From: Octopus bimaculoides
Lineage: Eukaryota
Length of the DNA: 64,000 bases
Direction: 5' to 3'
NCBI RefSeq assembly: GCF_001194135.2
Contig: NC_069002.1
Coordinates: 28,828,110-28,892,109 of the forward strand
Below are positions 24,719-37,431 of the stretch, one piece after another (position 1 is the first letter of the stretch; the number at the start of each line of letters is the position of its first letter). A model generated the notes under the pieces. That model worked only from the letters and a program-made list of their open reading frames with translations. It made no database searches and had not been told where the DNA came from. The position numbers were made by a program, and so were the translations under genes.

Positions 24719-25350
24719 TGACCAGACAACATATGAAGCACGAATCAGTACGCAGCACGGTTCGTGTTTTTATGTCTAATTTTTCAAAATATACCGCGTA
24801 TTTACGGTTTACCTAATCGGCAGCAAATACAAAANNNNNNNNNNNNNNNNNNNNNNNNNNNNNNNNNNNNNNNNNNNNNNNNNNNNNNNNNNNNNNNNNN
24901 NNNNNNNNNNNNNNNNNNNNNNNNNNNNNNNNNNNNNNNNNNNNNNNNNNNNNNNNNNNNNNNNNNNNNNNNNNNNNNNNNNNNNNNNNNNNNNNNNNNN
25001 NNNNNNNNNNNNNNNNNNNNNNNNNNNNNNNNNNNNNNNNNNNNNNNNNNNNNNNNNNNNNNNNNNNNNNNNNNNNNNNNNNNNNNNNNNNNNNNNNNNN
25101 NNNNNNNNNNNNNNNNNNNNNNNNNNNNNNNNNNNNNNNNNNNNNNNNNNNNNNNNNNNNNNNNNNNNNNNNNNNNNNNNNNNNNNNNNNNNNNNNNNNN
25201 NNNNNNNNNNNNNNNNNNNNNNNNNNNNNNNNNNNNNNNNNNNNNNNNNNNNNNNNNNNNNNNNNNNNNNNNNNNNNNNNNNNNNNNNNNNNNNNNNNNN
25301 NNNNNNNNNNNNNNNNNNNNNNNNNNNNNATATATATATATATATATATA

Positions 25351-25670
25351 GCCAAGATTCTGACATTACAAGAAACAGAACCAGATATATACTGAAACAA
25401 CTTGGGTTTCAAGGGCGCACAACTCTTCAATATCCTTCCCCAAAACACGGGTTGGATGTAGGTGTCTTCAAATAGAACTGAATCTCCTCCTGTCCAGAGT
25501 TCCGGATGACCCTACCTCGCGACAGGTAACACAGACGAGAGCAGCAACTTCCAACTCCTTCATTCACTAGATGCCACATATCAGAGGAGGTTTCAATTAG
25601 TGAAAGTGTAGCAAAGTTAACGGCCGTGCCCCAGCATGACCACAGCACTCGAGCTGAACCTAATGCAAGA
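25351..25670 (+). mobile_element. 3' end of a CR1/L2-like LINE
   Basis: Translation fragments LGFKGAQLFNILP, LLLSRVPDDP and RAATSNSFIH resemble the conserved C-terminus of this group. The 3' tail is gtgccccagcatgaccacagc...gctgaacctaa. Confidence 0.55.
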
Positions 25671-25779
25671 AAAAATACATACATACATACATACATACAT
25701 GCTCCTGGAAGAAGGTAAACATTGATTATCAAAGCAGTCTGTCACGGACCAACAAATGGATTACTAACTCCCACTTTGA

Positions 25780-26397
25780 AGGGTAGGCGTTTGCAATTCA
25801 GGAACAGGAACTGATGCAGACTTTGTGGATTTACCACCGAAGATATCACCCACATCATAAGCAGTTGTCCGAAAATGTCATTATGGTATCATCTACCGAT
25901 TAAATATGATATTGTGGTAAGGACACTATATAATGAGACCTGTCGGAAGGCTAACCTCGAGGTCAAAGAAAATAAGAACCCACAGTATGGTACAAGCCAT
26001 AGCCACTCATAATAAAAAGGAGTACTGGTGGAATGCCCCAGTGAAAACCTCAATAAGAGGATAGATCTGCCAATGTGATTTGGGATAGAGAAGAGAAACT
26101 GTGTACAGTAGTGGAAATTAGCTGTCCAGTGGATGTTAACAAAGCTGAATCAATGAAAAAGAAAATACCTACACTGAACTATTGAGAAATCTCTATCTAC
26201 TCTATCCAGATAACAAGTTCAGGCTTATACCTGTAATTATTGGGGCTCTGGAATATGTAACACGCTGCCTAAGTACCAATCTTGAGAAATTACGCTTCTC
26301 AAAACCAGAAAAAAGAAAGCGTATTTGAAGACTACAGATTCAATCCATAATTGGAACTGTTAAAATCTGTAAAACTTTCCAGAAGGTTATCATTTAA
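25780..26397 (+). mobile_element. REL-endonuclease non-LTR (R4/NeSL group) ORF C-terminus, pseudogenised
   Basis: CRLCGFTTEDITHIISSC (C-x2-C-x8-H-x4-C knuckle), DREEKLCTVVEISCP, IPVIIGALEYV, and a stop near 26397. Confidence 0.75.
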
Positions 26398-26949
26398 AGT
26401 ATATAAATAGACATGCAATTATATGCGTGAGAGTACATACATGAAACAAAACATACAATTCTGCGCATATACATACATAAATACATACATACATACATAT
26501 ATACATAGATGTGCGTGTGCACGCACGTTTACATATATGCAAATGAGTCAAGAAGTAACATAGTAACCTACATCGAAGATACTGGGTCCAGTGAAATTTA
26601 TTTATGGGACTCAATAATGCACACACATACAGACACACATATATATATAACACTATAACACAATGTACTTTAGTCGGTGAGAACTCGATAAATAGAAAAT
26701 AAATTTGTTTAGAACAATAATATAATGCAATATAATGATGGCTGAAACGGAAGGACATTGGAAAATGAAATCTTAACCAAGATAGTAATGGAAGTATAAA
26801 TTTATATTCTATATAAATACATGTTTACCAAAATTTTACACGGTGTATTTTTACTGTCTTCTATACTTTCGTTTCAGCCATCATTATAGTTCTTCATTAT
26901 AAAAGTGTGTGCGTGCGCGTGCGCGCATGTGTCTAAGCGTGCACGCGTA

Positions 26950-27015
26950 GAAACACATATACGCATAAAATATATATAAATATATATACATATATATAAA
27001 GATATGTATGTATCT

Positions 27016-27050
<35 letters not shown>

Positions 27051-27177
27051 AGTGTATATATGTTTTATATATATATATACTCACAAATACTTATGCATGC
27101 ATATATATATATATATGTGTGTTGGGACATATATGCATATATTTAAATACATATATATATACATGTGCATATACACA

Positions 27178-27227
<50 letters not shown>

Positions 27228-27335
27228 CCAGAGTACATAAGTGTATGTTAGTGTGTATGTGCATGTTTATGTGTAGTTAGAAACACGTGCGCGCGCACAC
27301 ATTCACACACACAGACACTCACATACACACACACA
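26950..27335. repeat. (TA)/(CA) compound microsatellite
   Basis: Directly visible. Confidence 0.9.
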
Positions 27336-27979
27336 TTATTTCAATTTATATTCCTAGAAATGTATATATTCAGTTAAGTGTTTATTATATTAAGTTATAT
27401 AGCAATGAGCCATGTTCGTTTTGCACTCTTGTCTAGTTCTCGCTTGAAGATATATTTCTGGTGTATTTCGAGAAATAATTCCATTAATAGTTGTGGCATC
27501 ACTAAAAATCTATTTATTGAGACACACTCTAACGAGAAGATAGACATAAAGTTTGTGAAAAATTGAAATTTAAGAGGTTTTTCAGTCTGTTTTACAACAC
27601 GTGGCTTTACTGACGCGAATGCAAATACAGTGTGCATAAATTTAAATTGCCTCTTAATTTTCCGGTACCAAGAAAAAAAAAATTTATAAATTAAAATGCA
27701 AAATGAAAATATGCACCATGGAGAGAAACTAGTAAGACGCCCGGATACTTTAGTGTCTCATGATTTAGCCTACAAGAGAGCATCATTTGGAGAATTTGAA
27801 ATCCTTGGGAAGATACAGCAGTGTGATGAAAAGTTTTTATCACGAGAACATTGAAAATGAAGTGTACTAAAACCAGTGCATGCGCGTATTTGGAGTATGA
27901 CCCCACCTACCGGTGAACAACTGCATTTTGTGTCAGTACAGCGTTCAACATTTATTAAAAAAAATTTTTTTTTTATGTG

Positions 27980-28077
<98 letters not shown>

Positions 28078-28533
28078 CATGCAGCAAAACGAACTGAGGA
28101 GTGCTCAGCTCGTGTTTTAACGTATATAGTACCATGGTACATTGAACTGGTGTATGTAGATATGTTTGTGTGCGAATACACACACACACACACATATATA
28201 TATAGTTATGTGGAGAATGGAGAAACAAACACAAGAAGAAGCAAGTCAACTGGGCTAGTTAGACATTGATTTAATTATCTGGAGATTATATAATGAGTCA
28301 TTTACGCACGTTTGAATGTGCCAAATGGTTTGGCAGATCTCCTCAGAATGTTGAGGAGTATAACTATAATTATAAACTGCGGTTTAAACAATAAATTACC
28401 TGCCTCTGGATACCTTCTAACGAAGAAGGTACCCACACAAGTGATTCCCAGGAGTGCCTCCGGATTTAAATATCCCCTGGTTGCTTGGATACTTCAGACT
28501 ACCCCTGAAATATTGAAGCAATCCTATCATTTA

Positions 28534-28571
<38 letters not shown>

Positions 28572-28781
28572 GAAGTGCAAATGAGGTCAGCGGTATCAAA
28601 CTTCCTCATACACCAAATGTCAAGTTCTAAAAAGAATGAGTGAAGAAATAATATATAAGAAATAATTGAGATTCAGTTGAATTAGGTACTTAAGTTGAAG
28701 CACTAAGTCAGTCCGGTATTATCCGAACAGCTTGAAGTAAGGCGAATAAAATCAAAGTAAGCAACAGGATATCAAGAAGTG

Positions 28782-28853
28782 ATGCAGTACGACCGTTTCA
28801 AGCAGCTCCATTTAATTGCATCGATTTAAATGCAGGGCTATCATCAGCTGCAC
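28782..28853 (-). ncRNA. Type-I hammerhead ribozyme (Penelope-type), intact core
   Basis: Minus strand: gtgcag CTGATGA [t agc...catttaa/ttaaatg...gct t] GAAA CGGTCG TA ctgcat. Helix I is 6 bp (one G.U) and the predicted cut is after GUA (28788/28787). Confidence 0.75.
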
Positions 28854-29139
28854 AAATAAATAGAATTTTAATCAGTCGGACACATTAAAATAATTTTACT
28901 CGAATGCTTTAACAGAGCAAGAAGATGGAAGAAATTCATGTTGTCGCTTTTTGTCTTCGTCTTTATATTTTCGTTTCTCATTGTGTGTAACGTTATTTGT
29001 GATGTCCTGTACCCATATATGCTTGATGTATACATATAGATGTCGGTATGTACATATATGTATGGATATGTGCATATAATTATACATTATTTATGCTATT
29101 ATATGATAGAACGCCACGCATTGCATCCAAGTAAGTTTT

Positions 29140-29227
29140 ATCTATCTATCTATCTATCTATCTATATACATATATATATATATATTGGTTGATAGATAAA
29201 TAGATAGATAATTAGGTAGATATGTGG

Positions 29228-29265
<38 letters not shown>

Positions 29266-29710
29266 GTACATATATATATACATATATACAAACATATAGA
29301 TACATACATATATATATATATACATGCACATGTATATATATATACACACACATATACATATATACACATATACACACACACATACATATATATACACACA
29401 TATATATACACATATACACATACATATATACACACATATATATATATGCAAATATATACACACATATATATACACACACACATATATACACATATATATA
29501 CACAAATATATATATATATACACACATATATATATACACACACACATATATATACACACATATATATATATACATATATACACATATATATACATACATA
29601 TATACACATATATATACATACATATATACACATATATATATGCATTTATATACACATACATATATACACGTGCGTGCGTGCGTGCGTGCGTGCGTGCGTG
29701 TGTGTTTGTG
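29140..29710. repeat. (TATC)/(TA)/(CATA) compound microsatellite
   Basis: Directly visible. It is the source of the 150-180 aa Y/I/H/T ORFs. Confidence 0.95.
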
Positions 29711-30432
29711 TAACTATTAGATACAAAACCTCTGAGATCATCAAATACAATATATTATGGTTTTCTGTCTGAAATCGCCATTCAGAATTATTTCGAAATG
29801 ACATTTGTAAAGTCCCCAGTTTAGTCGCCATATTTAATAGATCTTTTCTTCTGAAAAGAAAGACAATATTTGAAATTTAGGTAGAAAATGTATTATTACA
29901 TGCAGAATGCCTCCAGAGGAAGGGAAAGACAAAATCGTCGTATGTGGGACGCTTTCTATCATTATTCTGTTAAATGAGGACTGACATGAGAGTAAAAAAA
30001 GTTAATGAATGTCCTGTTATAACGGTTGTAGCCAACAAGACAAACTGTTTAATTGGCAATTTTCTTTCTGTGTAGAATCTTATGAGATTTGACAAATATT
30101 GGAACCCAATTCGAAATATAAACATTAAATGAAACAAGAAGACTTATTTCATACATCTGCAGTCGAAGCAGCATGTATAAGAAATTTTCTTTTCTTTTGT
30201 GGTTGGATTGCGAAAAATTAGTTATAAGGTTGGTCATTCAACTTGGGTGCCTTTGTTTTATCTATCTATCTATCTATTCCTCTCCGACATGTCAGGTCCG
30301 AAAATTCCCAAAACCAATCTTGAGAAAAACTTTCAAGAATGTTTCGGTATGAAAAAGGGAAAGAAAACAAACAAGCAAAATAATATGCAAGACGGAAAAG
30401 TGTGCAATTACGTTATGGGGAAAAACAGAGGA

Positions 30433-30473
30433 CAATTCAACGTTTCAAACGATAGTTATTCATCAGAAACAAA
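30433..30473 (-). ncRNA. Degenerate minimal hammerhead motif (alpha type)
   Basis: Minus strand: tttgttt CTGATGA a t aac-tatc-gtt t GAAAC GTT gaattg. Helix I is weak. The downstream flank loosely resembles the 5073-5250 unit. Confidence 0.4.
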
Positions 30474-30879
30474 AAGAAGAAAAAAGATAATACTATCAGG
30501 TTACGCGAAACAGTGTTGTTTAAAGCAAGACCGGTGGATAGCGAACGGAAGTAAGTTGTAACATGATTGATAGATATACAGTACAGTTAACGACGTAAGA
30601 GTGAAAGAATGAAATTGCATCAGAAGAGCCAATGAGCGTATCCGGGCTTCAAGAGATACACTGTGTCTGTTTACGTTGTCTTTGTAACAATCAGAAATTT
30701 TGTAATGACTCGAACTCGAGAGGGAGTGAGTTAGCGGTGAGTGAATTATTTTTTTCTTTGTCCCATCCTGAGAATTCTTGGAAAAGGATGGTAGTAACCA
30801 ACGTAAGCTTCGACTGTTTTGTTACCTGTTCAGCCACAAGCGGTTTCAGCAAATGAGAGGAACATGATATAGGAGGGAG

Positions 30880-32330
30880 TGTTAGCATTTCTAGTAAGGT
30901 GGCAAGGCAGCTTAATGGCGAAGTAGATGCGCTTCCGCAGCTGAAGAAACTGAACGGAATGTTGGGTGTTGCGAACTTTATTCCTTTGTATCTTCAAATG
31001 ATTGGTTTTCTATTTTTGAGGATGAATAAAGACGAACAATTAAGTGCGAGGAGAAAATAGAAACCAGACTGATAGAGGCCTTCACAGAGAAGGCGTTTAT
31101 GGTCTATAGAAAATTTAGAAAGACTAAATGGATACATATTATTTAAAATGTAGAAAAATGGTGGTTGGCCGAGTATATCAGAGAGGGGTTGGAAGGAGTG
31201 TTTCCTGGTAGTCTTTCGAATGGCTTCCTGATTACATTTCAATATGTCTACAGTTGTTGCTGGACAATAATGCACATTAAAACCGATGCTGTGGGTTATT
31301 TAGTGACCATCTCTAGAGACTAACAAAGCATAAAATTTTGCAGAAATCGCTACGGTGGGACCTAGTATGAGACGGCAAGTTTTGAACAATGACGAACTTA
31401 GGAAGAGAATAAGCGAATGCAAGTGTTCAATGAACTGTGTTTTAGGTATCACCAGACACAAATGGTCAACGATTATACGGAGCTGAAGTTTGGAATGGTC
31501 TGATACGATTCTGCAACGTGGTATGTCATGAGCTCTTTAATATAGCCTGGGAAACGGTCAAAGAGGAGATACTGCATCTGTAGCTACTGTTTCACCACTT
31601 TGAAGTACTCTTACATTCACTTGCCTCAGTGGAACGTCTGGCAGGAGAAGCGTAGAGAGCCAGACACTTCATTGATACTTGTTACACAATGGTTTTAGTG
31701 AGTTCAAGGCTGATAGTAGAAAGGAGTGAGATGAGAAACATAAAGGCGGTCGATGATAGTGAGGTTACGTGTCCCTATACCAACACATCAGAGATGACAA
31801 CAGGTGTGGAACTTGATGGAAGTTCCAGTTAATCAGGATTCAGTACATTATCGATAAAAATGATGGAGTCATGGGTATGAATGTAACATCTAACTGGAAG
31901 GCGTAATGGTTCAATGAGGCGTGTAGTATTTGAGAGGTGCGGTGTCCCACGATCGTGCAGAGTATGAAACCAAAGACTAGGAATTGTGGAATTGTAGCAG
32001 CAGGCTCTGAAGAAAGGATGTTTCTTGAATGATTGAGAACTAAGATTTCCGTTCACAGTTTGATGGCAAGCTATGAACAGCAATCAATTTCCGTAACGGA
32101 GTTTGACAGCAAGCAAAGTCAGTTGGTTCTAGAGATGGAAACTTCCGGTGTTAAAGAATAAGGTGAACCGGAATGGATCTTCTTCAAAAGGCAAGAGTTG
32201 AGATAGAAGATATCGGGCTCAGGTAAGGGTTATTAGAAAGTTGATAAGATCGTTTAATGACATAGAAGATGTGGTCGCTTGGTTGAAGAAATGAAATCTC
32301 GCCAAGGCGATAATACAACACTGACACCGT
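30880..32330 (-). mobile_element. Heavily degraded CR1/Jockey-like LINE fragment
   Basis: Only faint translated similarity (e.g. SQHPTFRSVSSAAE versus the LSDHQYGFRSxRST RT motif), in non-repetitive, higher-GC sequence. Confidence 0.3.
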
Positions 32331-32491
32331 TGATTTATTGTTGTCAAAACGAGATTGCATGACACATATACGCGGGTGTGATTTAAAACGCTTGTGTTTT
32401 AAAACAGTTTCACATGTACGTGTGCGTATTTGTAGATTTGTAGGTTTATCGGTGAGGATACGTGACTTTTACCGAACTAAGCAATAACGAG

Positions 32492-32536
<45 letters not shown>

Positions 32537-32575
32537 GAGATAGATAGATAAACATACTGACATAGATAGATACAT

Positions 32576-32616
<41 letters not shown>

Positions 32617-33129
32617 CAGACATACATAAAAACAGAAATAGTATGAAACCAGGTATCACTGTTTCAATATACGAGTCTCTGTGTATGCAGTTATGCGCAG
32701 GCGCAAGTATAAATGCATTTAAACAGAACTACTTAGTAATAAAAATATAGCCATCGCTTCAGAATATAAAAGAAGGAAAAAAAACACACATAGCGAGACA
32801 AAAGGTCCAAAGAAAATGGAGTAAAAAGCAGCAACAAAGGCAGAACATTACAAGAACTGTGAAAGGGTGTTTGAAAAGTGTAAATCTGTAGAAATCTAGT
32901 GTTGTATATATTTACTTTGAAATGTAAACTTAGCAGAGAAGTAATTGTATTATGGAAGAGAAACATTGTTTATTGTTTACGTGTTTATATTTTTATTTAT
33001 GTATTTTATATGACATCACTTGACTGCTTATAAATCTTGAAACTGGCAAACATATATTCGCACAATAGACACATAAACTAGAGGCGCACAGATTTATGTA
33101 TGTGCACATATATACTTCATAAATATACT

Positions 33130-33197
33130 AATGTTTCATAGATAAATAGAGATAGAGAGACAGACAGACAGACAGAAAGAGAGAGATACACATATAC

Positions 33198-33288
<91 letters not shown>

Positions 33289-33390
33289 GATATATAATAT
33301 ACATATGTAAAACTTTATGTACATATATATTAATACACATATATTCACATACGTATATATATATTTATATGTGCCTACATAAATATGCCT

Positions 33391-33445
<55 letters not shown>

Positions 33446-33500
33446 GTATAGGTTTGTATGTATACGCACGCACACATAATGTGTATGTGTGTGCGTGTAT
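33130..33500. repeat. (TAGA)/(GACA)/(TA)n microsatellites
   Basis: Directly visible. Confidence 0.9.
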
Positions 33501-33615
33501 GTATTTGTGTGTAGTGAAATGAAATACCTTGTCTACTCGATCTCATCGATTATTTAGTAGACTTAACTCATATCTATATTTTCCGGTACCTCTTATTCTT
33601 CCAATCCTATTATTT

Positions 33616-33665
<50 letters not shown>

Positions 33666-33846
33666 TTTTTGTGTGGTTTTGTGTGGTTTTGTGTGGTTTT
33701 GTGTCTTATCTTCGAGATCGCATATTCACAGCTCGATACATTTGTACGCTATAGTATTTGAGGAAATATAGATATACATGTACATGCATACACATCTGGC
33801 ACACTGTCAGTAACAATGAGTATTGTTCCAATTGATAAAATCAGTC

Positions 33847-34121
33847 CAACAGCCTGCTCGTGAAATTAACATGGGAGTGTCTGAGTACTCCGCAGACAAG
33901 CGTACCCTGAACGTAGTTCTCAGGGTGATTCAGCAAGCATGATACAGAATGTGACAGGTCTGGCCCTTTGAAAATCATGTACTACTCGTAATTGCTTGCT
34001 GAGTGGACTGGAACAGCGTGAAATAAAGTTACTTGCTTAAGGACAAGACGCACTGCCAGGAGTCGAACTCCTGACCTGACGATCCAGAGCTGAATACTCT
34101 AACCATTAAGCCATGCACCTT
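33847..34121 (-). mobile_element. SINE family D (own tRNA head and CORE-like body, family-B-type tail)
   Basis: Reverse-strand head aaggtgcatggcttaatggttagag...ggagttcgactcc. The tail caacagcctgctcgtgaaattaac...cgtagttctc aligns with family B at 10865-10990. Confidence 0.8.
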
Positions 34122-34317
34122 TAGACATACACACACACACACACGAAAAACAAGGAAACCAACTTTCTCTATATAAGCGTGTAAATATATAAATGTGTAC
34201 ATGCTTACATATATACATACATACATATACATATATATATATATATATACATAAGCGAACAAACAGGCATGTATACAAACATTTTCTTGTATGTATATGT
34301 ATTTTCAAGTATATATA

Positions 34318-34355
<38 letters not shown>

Positions 34356-35323
34356 CACAAACGCACACACATACACACACGGAAAGAAAGAAAAACAACT
34401 CTGCCATCTGAGATTTGTAGATGACATCATGTTCTGTTAACAAACTGTTTAACAAGAGACAGAGGAAATACAAAGAGAATTATTTTGCCTGGAAGCAAGG
34501 TTAACTGTCTGAGAATGAACAGAAATAGAAAGAAAACAAAAACTTACACGAATTGATGAGGTAACACCAAAAGTGTTTGCGATAGAGGAAACGGAAACAC
34601 AACAAGCAGCAGACTCCGTATATTTAAGATTATGAATAAATGCGGAATAAAAAGACAGAGAAATATGTAAAGGAGGGATAAATTTTAGGCTGTGCCGCGT
34701 TCAGCAAGCATGGCCGTGTTAGGAAGTTACCCCCTCGTTGTCTGTTTCAAAAGAAACATGAATGAGTGATTAACAAACAACGGGGGGAAAACGTAAAATC
34801 TAACAGTAGAGACAACCATTGGACAAAATTCATTCTGAAATGGCGATCCATGCCAGGGCAGAGCAAGGAAGGAATGGAGCGATGAGAAGGAGACTTACTG
34901 GGAACCCAGTCTATTCATATGATAACATCAAGCGGCTAACTGAAACAGTAGTAACGACATGGTTAGCCATTTTCTTCAGCAACAGATCGATAATAATTCA
35001 CAGTAACAACGGCGCGGGTATGTATATATATATATATNNNNNNNNNNNNNNNNNNNNNNNNNNNNNNNNNNNNNNNNNNNNNNNNNNNNNNNNNNNNNNN
35101 NNNNNNNNNNNNNNNNNNNNNNNNNNNNNNNNNNNNNNNNNNNNNNNNNNNNNNNNNNNNNNNNNNNNNNNNNNNNNNNNNNNNNNNNNNNNNNNNNNNN
35201 NNNNNNNNNNNNNNNNNNNNNNNNNNNNNNNNNNNNNNNNNNNNNNNNNNNNNNNNNNNNNNNNNNNCCTTATAGGGCTATTTTTTGCTGGAAATTAATA
35301 CATTTGTATTAATACATTTGTTT

Positions 35324-35405
<82 letters not shown>

Positions 35406-35407
<2 letters not shown>

Positions 35408-36265
35408 TCTGATCAATAAGTATCTGGACTGTTGCTGTAGTAATGAAGCTAAAGCATGGAGAGTGAAGCTGCTTTGGCACCGATTGACTTTGAATTCTAC
35501 TTTTAACGTTCTTGTTCACAACTGCTGTTTACACCGGTGCTTGAAAGGAAGGCACGTAGCGTGTGATCGTCGCATTGACCATAACAGAGAAAGTTGAACT
35601 GAGAATCGGCATCAAATTTTACAGAAAGCTTGGCGATACCTGCTCAGAGACCTACGCAAAGTTTTCATCGTTCTCAGCACAATCCAGATCTTATACAACT
35701 GAAACCCGATTGTAGTTTTGGTCAGCTGAAAGCGGGTTTGGCACAAACTTGGCAGACACGCGTCTCATACCCACATCTGCAGTGATAATGGACTGAACTG
35801 AACCTTAACTAATCTGTACATCTGACAACTCAAAGATGGTGATCCGACGATTTCCCCTCACAGCTGCACGCACGTCTGCGATGTTTTTCTCAGTTCTGCT
35901 GGTTGCGAGTCTCCCAGAACGTTTGTCAATATCGACATTTTTCGGCCATCTTGGAAACGTCCGAACCACGCGTACATTTGTGGGCGGCTCATACAGTCCT
36001 CTCCATACAATTTCTGCAGCCTTGCGTTGGCCTCTGAGCAGGTATCACCATGACAACTTTCTGTCATGATCAATTCGACGACCACATGCTACACACCTTC
36101 CTTCTAAGCACAGCTATAAACGGCGGAAGTGAGCTAGAACGTTAAGACTTAGTGTACATGTACATCAGAGTTCAAGGTCAATCTGTGCCAAGCGGATTTA
36201 CTCTGCATGCTTTAGCTTCGTTACTATGGCAACATTCCGGATATTTATTGATCATACATCATGTA
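35406..36265. mobile_element. Rearranged mariner made of two inverted left ends
   Basis: The plus copy 35406-35656 and the minus copy 36265-35650 both start with a (g)tctgatcaataa(g/a)tat(c)(t/c)gga TIR and encode the transposase N-terminus with GDTCSE. The minus copy continues to RRVSAKFVP. Confidence 0.75.
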
Positions 36266-36557
36266 TGTGTGCGTGTATTTGTATATATATGTATGTACAT
36301 ATATATGCATACATAGATATATATATATATATACATATATGCATACATACATAGATATATATATATNNNNNNNNNNNNNNNNNNNNNNNNNNNNNNNNNN
36401 NNNNNNNNNNNNNNNNNNNNNNNNNNNNNNNNNNNNNNNNNNNNNNNNNNNNNNNNNNNNNNNNNNATATATATATATATATATGCATATGCATGTATAT
36501 ATATATGTGTATATATATATGCATATGCATATACATGTATATATATATATGCATATG

Positions 36558-36688
<131 letters not shown>

Positions 36689-37206
36689 TTATATATATGT
36701 ATATATATATAATTTTATTCAGTCAGGAATTTCTCTGCATGAATTATACACAAAAACATAATGCACATATACGTGCGGGCGCACACCAACGCACACACGA
36801 GTGAGTAAACAAACGAACGAGAATTACCTGTATTTCAAACCAGTTTGATTCTGCATTACTGAAAGTTTCGTGGGCGTCAGACACGCCCATCTCATATGAT
36901 GACGTGTGTGTGTGTGACGCCTCCGAAACTTCAAATAATGCGGAGTTGAACATCTTGCTACACACACACACACACACACACGTATATACATGTATATACA
37001 TACATGCAAGCACGCATGTACATGAACGAGTCGGAGCGCCTGCGTCTGTGTGTGTGTGTTCCAGTTCGTAACACCATGCATCACTCGCTCAAAGTGCAAT
37101 ATATACTGAGTTTGAACCAGGCTTTTTACGATTGTGAAATGAATGTCTTAACTATTCCGTCCATTCTTGCACTAATAGGTCGTACATACACGCATGCATG
37201 CACGCA

Positions 37207-37242
<36 letters not shown>

Positions 37243-37308
37243 TATACTCTCGCACGAACATATACATGGACACATATGCATATATACATGCATGCGTACA
37301 TGTATGTA

Positions 37309-37340
<32 letters not shown>

Positions 37341-37377
37341 AATGCATACATACAAGCATAAGCGCAGACACGCAGAC

Positions 37378-37430
<53 letters not shown>

Positions 37431-37431
<1 letters not shown>

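Noticed and set aside
34730-34787. Hairpin with ~16-bp arms (ccccctcgttgtctgtt / aacaaacaacgggggg)
   Set aside because: Short arms, a large loop, a competing inner hairpin and no supporting copies.
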